In this document: in pieces, positions 57,009 to 64,000 of the stretch
How positions within the stretch are numbered: the first letter of the stretch is position 1
Layout: each line of letters starts with the position of its first letter
Assembly (NCBI GenBank): GCA_035546775.1
Contig: DASZWD010000042.1
Location: forward strand, 5,781 to 69,780
Direction: 5' to 3'
DNA: 64,000 nucleotides
Origin: Acidimicrobiales bacterium
GTDB taxonomy: Bacteria > Actinomycetota > Acidimicrobiia > Acidimicrobiales > JACCXE01
Notes under the pieces: generated by a model
Told to the model about the DNA's origin: nothing
Database searches by the model: none
Seen by the model: only the letters and a program-made list of their open reading frames with translations
Translations under genes and position numbers: made by a program

Positions 57009-57502
57009 CAGAGGCGTTGCGCGCCCTCGAGGGCGAGCAGGAAGCACTTGCGGTCGAGGCCACCGCCGTACCCACCAAGGGTGCCATCGGACGCGATCAC
57101 GCGGTGGCACGGCACGATGATGGCGATCGGGTTCTTCCCGTTCGCCGAGCCCACGGCCCGCTGGGCGTTGTGCGCACCGATCTCGTCGGCCAACTCGGCG
57201 TACGAACACGTCTGACCGTACGGAATGCGTCGCAGCGCGTCCCACACGCGCTGCTGGAACTCGGTGCCGTGGAGGCGCAGGCTCACGTCGAAGTCGTGCA
57301 GGTCTCCCTCCCAATACGCCTTCAACTGGTCGACGACGTCGCCGAACGCGTTGAGGTCCTGGGGCCAGTAGGCCATGTCGCCGGGCGCGTGCCGCTGGTC
57401 GTGCATGACAAGGCGCGTCAGCGATTCGTCGTCGCCCGCCAGCGTGATCGGCCCGATGGGCGTGTCGAGCGTGCGGGCGCGGGTGATGGTCGGTCGGTTC
57501 AT
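57005..57502 (-). CDS. ogt: Methylated-DNA-protein-cysteine methyltransferase
   Basis: Active-site IIVPCHRVI. ATGA overlap with the upstream Ada/AlkA gene. Confidence 0.9.
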   Translation of the reverse strand: MNRPTITRARTLDTPIGPITLAGDDESLTRLVMHDQRHAPGDMAYWPQDLNAFGDVVDQLKAYWEGDLHDFDVSLRLHGTEFQQRVWDALRRIPYGQTCSYAELADEIGAHNAQRAVGSANGKNPIAIIVPCHRVIASDGTLGGYGGGLDRKCFLLALEGAQRLC

Positions 57503-58983
57503 GTCTCGCCTTTCATGTTGGCGGCCCAGAGGTAGTGCACGGCGTAGGCCCGCCACGGTCGCCAGTGGTCGTGCGCGTACGCCGCGACGTCGCCGGCGAG
57601 GCCGGCCGCACGCGCGCCGGCGAGCACGCCGATGTCGGTTGCCGGAAACGCGTCGGGATCACCGAGGCCGCGCATGGCGATCATCTCGGCCGTCCACGGT
57701 CCGACGCCGGGCAGCGCCAGTAGTTGGGCGCGGGCCCGCGTCCAGTCGGCGCCGGCGTCGAGGACGACGGAGCCGTCGGCCAGCGCCGCGATCACGTTGG
57801 CCAGCGTGCGCTGGCGCGCGGCGGGGATGCGCAGCGTCGTCACGTCGAAGCTCCCCAGCTCGTCGAGCGACGGAAACAGGTGGGTGAGCCCGCCGGCCGG
57901 ATCGGCGATCGGTGTCCCGCACGCGGCCACCAGGCGCGCCGTGTGCGTGCGCGCTGCGCCGAGCGACACCTGCTGACCGAGCACGACGCGCACCGCCGTC
58001 TCGTGCTCGTCGGTCGTGCGGCGGATGCGGATGCCGCGATGCTTCGCCACCAGTTCGCGCAACACCGGATCGGCGCCGAGGGCGTCGTCGACCGCTTCGG
58101 GGTCGGCGTCGAGATCGAGCAGGCGCCGGCAGCGGGCGATGGCGGTGGTGAGGTCGCGCACGTCGTCGAGGATCAAGCGGCACGCGATGTAATCCGGCGT
58201 GGGGGACAGCTCGGCGATGCAGTTGCCGTGGGGTAGCCGCAGCGAGCGGCGGTACGCACCGTCGCGGAACTCCTCCACCCCGGGCACACCGACGGACACG
58301 AGCCGGCCGAAGAGCGGGTCCGCCGCGTAGGGCTTGCGGAAGGGCAGCCGAAACGTGAGGGTGCCGGGGGCAGTGATCGTCTTGCGCTTGCGGGCCTGTT
58401 GACGCAACGCCGTCGGCGTTCCGTCGAACACGGCGCGCACGGTGTCGTTGAACTGCCGGATGCTGGCGAAGCCGGCACCGAACGCGATCTGGCCGAAGGG
58501 CAGTTCCGTCGTCTCGATCAGCAGCCGCGCCGTCTGGGCGCGCTGGGCCCGCGCCACCGACAGCGGGCCGGCGCCGACTTCTTCGTTCAGCAATCGTTCG
58601 AGTTGGCGCGTCGAGTACCCGAGACGGGCGGCGAGCCCGGTGACGCCTTCGCGGTCGACCACGCCGTCGCTGATGAGACGCATCGCCCGCGACACCAAGT
58701 CGGTGCGCAGGTTCCACTCCGGCGAGCCGGGCGACGCATCCGGGCGGCAGCGCTTGCACGCCCGGAACCCGGCCTGCTGCGCCGCGGCCGCCGTGGGATA
58801 GAAGCGGATGTTGCGCTTGTAGGGCGGGCGCACCGGGCAACTCGGCCGGCAATAGATCTTGGTCGTGAGAACGGCGGTGACGAACCAACCGTCGAAGCGG
58901 GCGTCTTTCGACTGCACCGCCCGGTAGCACCGCTCGAAGTCCTCGTGCACTCCTGCACTGTGGCAGGTTGGCGCCCGCGCCAC
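57499..58983 (-). CDS. Ada-like regulator / AlkA fusion (Ada Zn-binding domain + AraC HTH + AlkA N-domain + HhH-GPD glycosylase)
   Basis: FDGWFVTAVLTTKIYCRPSCP, the AraC-type HTH region, and ...LPGVGPWTAEMIAMRGLGDPDAFP (HhH-GPD). Confidence 0.86.
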   Translation of the reverse strand: MARAPTCHSAGVHEDFERCYRAVQSKDARFDGWFVTAVLTTKIYCRPSCPVRPPYKRNIRFYPTAAAAQQAGFRACKRCRPDASPGSPEWNLRTDLVSRAMRLISDGVVDREGVTGLAARLGYSTRQLERLLNEEVGAGPLSVARAQRAQTARLLIETTELPFGQIAFGAGFASIRQFNDTVRAVFDGTPTALRQQARKRKTITAPGTLTFRLPFRKPYAADPLFGRLVSVGVPGVEEFRDGAYRRSLRLPHGNCIAELSPTPDYIACRLILDDVRDLTTAIARCRRLLDLDADPEAVDDALGADPVLRELVAKHRGIRIRRTTDEHETAVRVVLGQQVSLGAARTHTARLVAACGTPIADPAGGLTHLFPSLDELGSFDVTTLRIPAARQRTLANVIAALADGSVVLDAGADWTRARAQLLALPGVGPWTAEMIAMRGLGDPDAFPATDIGVLAGARAAGLAGDVAAYAHDHWRPWRAYAVHYLWAANMKGET

Positions 58984-59013
58984 TGGCGGAAATCCGACAT
59001 CAAGGTCGGCGCC

Positions 59014-59844
59014 CTACACGGTGACGAATTTGCCGTCCGCGATGACGGCGGGGGGTCCGCTGGGCGCGTTCACCGCCGCGCGGTACTGCTGGACCCAGGG
59101 CCACTGCACCGGGGTCGCGCGCCGCCAGGGCATCACTTGGAACTCGGTGGCGAAGGCGAGCCGGTCGCGGTCAGTGTCGTTCGGCGCGGTGTAGTGCAGC
59201 GTCAGGTAGTGGTGGAACGTGCAGCCGCCCGCCGGGAGCGGGCAGGGCGCCGCGAGCGACGGGTCGACGCCGTCCACTTTGAGGAGGTTGCCGGACGGGT
59301 CGCCTTCGAAGCCGTGGTAACGCAGGCCGCTGCGGTGCGAACCGGGGATGAACTGCATCGCGCCCTGCTCGACCGCCACGTCGTGGAGCGGTAACCACGC
59401 GCCGACGGCGAGATAGTCCAACTCGGGTTCCCAGTACGCCTGGTCCTGATGCCACGGCGCCGGGCGCCGGCTGCCGGCCTTCTTGTTGATCATGTGGCCC
59501 CACGTCGTCACCTCGGACTCGGGCACCCCGAGAAACGCGGCGGCGAAGTGGCGGGCGTTGCGGCGGAATGTCGTGTCGAGCAACTCGGGGATGCGCAGCT
59601 CGGGGCCGATGCACTGGAGAATCTGCGCCGGCAGCGTCTGGTCCGGCTGGCGGCCCGCCTCGAAGACCGGCGTGCCCGCGTTGTCCTCCATCACGCCGCA
59701 AAACACGTCGGTCAGCCACGCCAACTCTTCGGCGGTCGTGATCTGCGGCACGACGAGGTAGCCGTTCTCCGCGAAGAAGCTGACGTCCTCGGGCGTGGGC
59801 CGCACGTCGAGGTCGGATTCCGGCGGCGCGCCAAAGCGACTCAT
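59014..59844 (-). CDS. Phytanoyl-CoA dioxygenase (PhyH) family Fe(II)/2-oxoglutarate oxygenase
   Basis: ...ENGYLVVP...PWHQDQAYW...MQFIPGSHR.... Start trimmed to the ATG at 59844. Confidence 0.83.
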   Translation of the reverse strand: MSRFGAPPESDLDVRPTPEDVSFFAENGYLVVPQITTAEELAWLTDVFCGVMEDNAGTPVFEAGRQPDQTLPAQILQCIGPELRIPELLDTTFRRNARHFAAAFLGVPESEVTTWGHMINKKAGSRRPAPWHQDQAYWEPELDYLAVGAWLPLHDVAVEQGAMQFIPGSHRSGLRYHGFEGDPSGNLLKVDGVDPSLAAPCPLPAGGCTFHHYLTLHYTAPNDTDRDRLAFATEFQVMPWRRATPVQWPWVQQYRAAVNAPSGPPAVIADGKFVTV

Positions 59845-59867
59845 GCCGCGCACCTTACAAGAGTTCA

Positions 59868-59922
59868 GATACCGACGGTATCGATAATTCCATTGACATG
59901 TGACCATTAGGTCACATATTGT
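59868..59922 (+). promoter_or_regulatory. Divergent promoter/operator region: two dyads plus TTGACA-18 nt-TATTGT, placed for a leaderless ArsR transcript
   Basis: GATACCG-A-CGGTATC (59868-59882). TTGACA at 59893-59898. ATGTGACC-ATTA-GGTCACAT (59898-59917). TATTGT at 59917-59922, 6 nt before the ATG at 59929. Confidence 0.5.
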
Positions 59923-59928
59923 GGCGGC

Positions 59929-60696
59929 ATGGAGGAGGACGTCTACCGGGCGATCGCCGACCCGACCCGGCGGGCGTTGATGGACGAACTCTTCCAGCGC
60001 GACGGGCAGACGCAAGGCGAACTCGAGGAGCGGTTCGACATGAGTCGCTTCGGGGTGATGAAGCACCTCAAGGTTCTCGAAGAGGCGCACCTCGTGGTTA
60101 CGCGCCGGCGCGGTCGGGAAAAGCTGCACTTCCTCAACCCGGTGCCGATCCGCCTGATGTACGAGCGCTGGGTCAGCAAATACGCCGAGCCGTGGGCGGC
60201 GACGCTCACCGGCCTGAAGACCGAACTGGAGACGACCATGGAAAAGGTCTACGAGATCTACATCCGCACCACGCCCGAACGTTGCTGGGAGGCGATCACC
60301 ACGTCGGCCATTCGCGGCAAGTACACCTTCGGCAACAGCTTCACCGAGGACTTCACCCCCGGCGCCCGCTACGAGATGAGCAACCCCAAGGCGGGCCTGC
60401 TGGCCGAGGGCGAAATCGTCGAGTGCGACCCGCCGCGCAAGCTCGTGCAGACGATGCGGGCCCTGTGGGGCGAAGACGTCGCCGCCGAAGGTTTCTCCCG
60501 CGTGACCTGGGAACTCGAGCCCATCGGCCGCGACAGCGTGCGCGTCGTGATCACCCATGACCAGCTGCGCGAGGGCGCCAACGACCAGATCTACGGCGGC
60601 TGGCCGATGATCCTGTCGGGCCTCAAGACCTGGCTCGAAACGGGCGAATTGCTGACCACGCCGGGCTCGCTGATGTACGTCGACAACGCGGGGTGA
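59929..60696 (+). CDS. ArsR/SmtB-family HTH regulator fused to an SRPBCC (AHSA1/START-like) domain
   Basis: VYRAIADPTRRALMDEL...GELEERFDMSRFGVMKHLKVLEEAHLV, then an SRPBCC-like C-terminal half. Confidence 0.84.
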   Translation: MEEDVYRAIADPTRRALMDELFQRDGQTQGELEERFDMSRFGVMKHLKVLEEAHLVVTRRRGREKLHFLNPVPIRLMYERWVSKYAEPWAATLTGLKTELETTMEKVYEIYIRTTPERCWEAITTSAIRGKYTFGNSFTEDFTPGARYEMSNPKAGLLAEGEIVECDPPRKLVQTMRALWGEDVAAEGFSRVTWELEPIGRDSVRVVITHDQLREGANDQIYGGWPMILSGLKTWLETGELLTTPGSLMYVDNAG

Positions 60697-60749
60697 AAAG
60701 GACTTAGGTCCCTCACAGATTTGGGCCGGTTGGCCGATCGGGCTTTCCG

Positions 60750-61940
60750 ATGAGCCGAGTCTTGTTTGTCGACGATGAAGCCGCGGTGCTCGACGAACTC
60801 GAGGACCTCTTCAAGCCGCAGCGCTTGGTCTGGGACCTGGAGTTCGCCGTTGGGGCCCGCGCCGCCCTCGACGCGATGGCGAAGTTGCCGGTCGACGTGG
60901 TCATCGCCCACCGCCGGCTGGCCGCGCCCACGGGTCGCGAGTTCCTCGCCGAGGCACGGGTGCGGTTCCCCGATACCGCCCGCGTGATGCTGGCCGAGCA
61001 TTCCGACCATGACGACCTCGCCCACACCATCGGCCTCGCGCACCAGTTCGTCCTCCAGCCCTACATGCCCGACGAGCTCATCGACGCCATCCGCCGCGCG
61101 CTGCGCCTGCGCGATCAGGTCGGCACGCAGAAGGTGCGCTCCGAGATCTCCGACATCGCCATGCTGCCGACGCCGTCGCCGGTATTCGCCAACCTCCTCA
61201 GAGCTATCGAATCGCCCAACGGCGACGCCCACACCATCGGCCAGATCGTGAGTCACGACGTCGGTCTCACCGCCAAGGTGCTGCAACTCGTGAACTCGAG
61301 CTATTTCGCTCCCCGTACGCGCATCACGTCAGTCGACAACGCCGTCGTGCGTCTCGGATCCTCCGTCATCCGCACGCTGGCGTTCCTCGACGAAGTTCAC
61401 CGCGACATCAACGATCCGTTGCCCGTGCAGTTCTGGGTCGCGGAGCTCGCCAGCCACACCTACGAAGTCGCCGACCTCGCCCGCCAGCTGGCTCCCCGCG
61501 AGTTGGCGGACGACGCGTTCTGCGGCGGTTTGCTGCACGAGTGCGGCCAGCTCGTGTTCGCCCGCTGCCGCCCCGACATGTTCTGCGCCCATCTCGACGA
61601 GCGCGTCGACGCCAACCGGTCGCTGGCCGAACTCGAGCGCGAGGCGTGGGGCGTGACCCATGCGCAGGCGGGCGCATATCTGCTCAACCTGTGGGGCTGT
61701 CCCATTGACGTGATCGACGCCGTCGCCCATCACGACGACGACGAGCTATCGCGCAACGACCGCGTGCAGGTCGTGCAGGTGGCGCACCGTTTGATCGAAG
61801 CGACGGGCACGTCGCTGTGCGGCCGGCCGCATCCTGAGCCGACGGACTTCCGCTGGCTCGACTACAGCGACTTCGCGGAGCCGGCCTACGCCTGGCTCGA
61901 CGCCCGCACCACCGCGATCGCCACGCCCGTCAGCGCGTAA
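60750..61940 (+). CDS. Receiver-like domain + HDOD domain signalling protein (receiver probably non-phosphorylatable)
   Basis: VLFVDDE... but VDVVIAH (His at the phospho-Asp position, codon 60909-60911), LAE for T87 and QPY for K109. HDOD-like ...LPTPSPVFANLL...IVSHDVGLTAKVLQLVNSSYF.... Confidence 0.75.
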   Translation: MSRVLFVDDEAAVLDELEDLFKPQRLVWDLEFAVGARAALDAMAKLPVDVVIAHRRLAAPTGREFLAEARVRFPDTARVMLAEHSDHDDLAHTIGLAHQFVLQPYMPDELIDAIRRALRLRDQVGTQKVRSEISDIAMLPTPSPVFANLLRAIESPNGDAHTIGQIVSHDVGLTAKVLQLVNSSYFAPRTRITSVDNAVVRLGSSVIRTLAFLDEVHRDINDPLPVQFWVAELASHTYEVADLARQLAPRELADDAFCGGLLHECGQLVFARCRPDMFCAHLDERVDANRSLAELEREAWGVTHAQAGAYLLNLWGCPIDVIDAVAHHDDDELSRNDRVQVVQVAHRLIEATGTSLCGRPHPEPTDFRWLDYSDFAEPAYAWLDARTTAIATPVSA

Positions 61941-61965
61941 CCGCCAGCCGCTACCGTCGGCGGCG

Positions 61966-62694
61966 ATGCTCTTCGTTCACGAGGTTCACCGCGTCGCCGG
62001 GAAGCAGGAACACCGCTTCGAAGATCTCTACCGCGACTGGGCGGCGCTGCTGGCCAAAGGCGACGGCGCTCGCTTGTTGTGGTTCATGCACCAGGGTCAT
62101 GGCACCGGCCCGGCGTACGTGTTCGTCACCGTGACCGCCGTGGCGTCGTCAGCCGCGCTCGACGACCTCAACGGCCGGCGCCGCGCCGGTGGCGACCTGC
62201 ACGCGTGGACCGCCGAGGTCGACGCGCTGCGCTACGGGTCGGTGGCCAAGGTGCTCGAGCCGGCGCCGTTCTCGCCCTTGCAGTCCGTCGACCTGGCGTC
62301 GGTGCCGGCGGTCGGTGACTGTGAGAGCGCCGACGGTTCGCTGCCGCTGTTCATGGAAGACACGGCGTGGCCCCATCCGGGTCGCTTCGACGACTACCTC
62401 GAGAAGGCGGGCACGCTCTACGTGGAAACGCTGCGGCGCGCCAACGAACGGTTGAACGGCCACGGCCTGCTCGAACTCGTCGCCGCCTTCATCCCCCGCT
62501 ACGGCAGCGGCGTGCACCGCGAGATCGTGCTGTGGCAGCGGGTCGCCAATCAGGCCGGACTGCTACCGCTGCTCAACCGCGAAGTACCCGACGCCTACAA
62601 GCAACCGGGGAGTTGGATGATCGACGCCCTCGAAGTGCGCGATCAGTGGGAGAGCCGGCTACTGCGCGTGTCGGGTTGGTCGCCGCTCGGCTAG
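61966..62694 (+). CDS. Hypothetical protein, possibly a tandem NIPSNAP/dimeric alpha-beta-barrel fold
   Basis: Two ~100-aa halves with similar pattern (...F.DLYRDW...LLWFM vs ...FDDYLEK...EIVLWQR). Weak. Confidence 0.45.
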   Translation: MLFVHEVHRVAGKQEHRFEDLYRDWAALLAKGDGARLLWFMHQGHGTGPAYVFVTVTAVASSAALDDLNGRRRAGGDLHAWTAEVDALRYGSVAKVLEPAPFSPLQSVDLASVPAVGDCESADGSLPLFMEDTAWPHPGRFDDYLEKAGTLYVETLRRANERLNGHGLLELVAAFIPRYGSGVHREIVLWQRVANQAGLLPLLNREVPDAYKQPGSWMIDALEVRDQWESRLLRVSGWSPLG

Positions 62695-63839
62695 CCGAGC
62701 TCGCGGCCGTACGTATTGAACAGGTCGATCGACTCGGTCGGGTCCAGCGGCCACCACGGCGGACCAACCGATCCGTCGATCGACCGCGGGTCGACCGGCG
62801 ACCGCTTGTTGCTCGCCTGGTAGACGGCGAAGCACAACTGCAACGCGGCGATGGCGGCGTCGGGCGTCATGTCGACGGGCCGGGTACCGGCGACGAGCGC
62901 GTCGACGAAGTGACGTGACGCGCCGCGAAAGCCGGTGAGCCAGTCGGCGTCGAGGGCGTCGTAGTTCGTCTGCGTACCGTCCTTGGCGTAATGGACGACG
63001 GGCGCAAGGTCGAGCATTTCGCCCGTCGCCCGCGTCACCCAGATGAAGCCTTCGGTGCCCTGGATCTCGAAGAACTCGTCCGCGCCGTAGTAGCGGCTGC
63101 GAATGAACATGTCGGGGGAGTAGGTCACCTCCATCATCCCGAGCAGACTCGGGCGTTGGTATTCCCATATCGCGGCGGTGGGCGCCTCGAAGAACACCGG
63201 GGCGCGGCGCACGATCGCCTGTACTGACGTGATCGCTTGGTCGAAGAGCCAAATGCCGACGCCGTACTTGTGGATCACGTCGTCGAAGAGGTGGCCGCCC
63301 GGGCTCTTGTCGTTGAAGCGCCACTCGTAGCCCTCGGGTTCGAGGTTCGCTTGGAACGCGGTGTCGGTCGTGCCCACGACGGTCTTCATGCGCAACATCG
63401 TCGGGATGCCGATGGCGCCCGACGCGATCAGTTCCTTCGCCTTCACCAGCGGCGGGTAGTGGAGGAAGCACTCGCTCACGCGCAGCACCACACCTCCGGC
63501 GTCGGCGGCGTCGCGCATGGCGCGCGCGTCGCTGACGGTGTTGGCGATCGGCTTCTGCACGCTGACGTGCTTGCCCGCTGCGATCGCCGCGAGGACGTGG
63601 TCCTTGTGCATGTGCGTCGGCGTGAGAATTTCCACGGCGTCGATCTCGTCGTCGGCCAGCAGCGCGTCGAGCGACGTGTACACCTTGGCCACGTTCCATT
63701 GCGCTGCCATGGCCCGCGCCTTGTCCTCGCGTGGATCGCACAGCGCCACCACGTCGCAGTGCGGGTGTTCCAGATAGCCGGCGACGTTGAGCGGCGCGAT
63801 GTTGCCGATGCCGACGACCCCGAGACGAACGCGCTCCAT
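62691..63839 (-). CDS. Gfo/Idh/MocA-family oxidoreductase
   Basis: VRLGVVGIGNIA Rossmann motif and ...EILTPTHMHKDHVLAAIAAGKHVSVQKP.... Confidence 0.9.
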   Translation of the reverse strand: MERVRLGVVGIGNIAPLNVAGYLEHPHCDVVALCDPREDKARAMAAQWNVAKVYTSLDALLADDEIDAVEILTPTHMHKDHVLAAIAAGKHVSVQKPIANTVSDARAMRDAADAGGVVLRVSECFLHYPPLVKAKELIASGAIGIPTMLRMKTVVGTTDTAFQANLEPEGYEWRFNDKSPGGHLFDDVIHKYGVGIWLFDQAITSVQAIVRRAPVFFEAPTAAIWEYQRPSLLGMMEVTYSPDMFIRSRYYGADEFFEIQGTEGFIWVTRATGEMLDLAPVVHYAKDGTQTNYDALDADWLTGFRGASRHFVDALVAGTRPVDMTPDAAIAALQLCFAVYQASNKRSPVDPRSIDGSVGPPWWPLDPTESIDLFNTYGRELG

Positions 63840-63889
63840 CAGTTGGCCAGGGCCGTGACGGTCATGGCGGCCGATGGTAAGACACGGCC

Positions 63890-64000
63890 GTGCGCATCAC
63901 TCGGGTCCTCCACGCCAGCGTGAACGTCGGCGGCGACGTCGACACTGCGCAGGCGTTCTACCGCGACGTGCTCGGCCTCGACCCAGCGTGGCGACCCACC
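63890..64000 (+). CDS. VOC (glyoxalase/bleomycin-resistance) family protein, 5' fragment running off the window
   Basis: GTG at 63890. (V)RITRVLHASVNVGGDVDTAQAFYRDVLGL matches the typical VOC N-terminus. Only ~37 codons are visible. Confidence 0.5.
   Translation, partial: MRITRVLHASVNVGGDVDTAQAFYRDVLGLDPAWRPT

Overview
High-GC, actinobacterium-like chromosomal segment, densely packed with about 60 protein genes. I saw no rRNA, tRNA or CRISPR array by eye.

Layout:
- Positions 1 to ~5.6 kb look like a lower-GC accessory or mobile island. It holds an XRE regulator, a degenerate tyrosine-recombinase-like protein translationally coupled to an IS4-type DDE transposase, and two cargo genes. The left end lies outside the window.
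- The rest is ordinary metabolism, transport and regulation in tight operons. Genes are very often joined by 4-nt start/stop overlaps (ATGA, GTGA).
- Operons include TetR + ABC1 kinase, ECF sigma + YciI, TetR + MFS, VapBC, TetR + diiron oxygenase + acyl-CoA ligase + ACAD, PadR + MacB-type ABC, LemA + DUF2207, S8 + M20 peptidases, M20D + BAAT-like hydrolase + LutABC, a KdpDE-like two-component pair, Ada/AlkA + Ogt, and ArsR-SRPBCC / PhyH.

Most interesting candidates:
1. The recombinase-like + DDE transposase module, with iterated GTAC-centred dyads upstream.
2. A ~1270-aa STAND-type protein whose N-terminus has two complementary, individually degenerate class III cyclase domains (C1/C2-like pseudo-heterodimer).
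3. A SARP/STAND regulator divergent from a four-gene operon: DUF35, thiolase-like protein, Rieske oxygenase and a gluzincin-motif protein. The Rieske gene seems to need a CTG start embedded in a CTGA overlap.
4. An orphan truncated KdpD/KdpE-like pair with an 11-bp tandem direct repeat facing an APC-type transporter.

Limits: all functional calls rest on motif recognition in the supplied translations and on reading the DNA. No database search, HMM or structure prediction was possible, and family names are from memory. Many very long ORFs in the track are antisense shadow ORFs typical of high-GC DNA and were discarded. Several real genes start well inside the listed ORF, and the coordinates below were trimmed accordingly.
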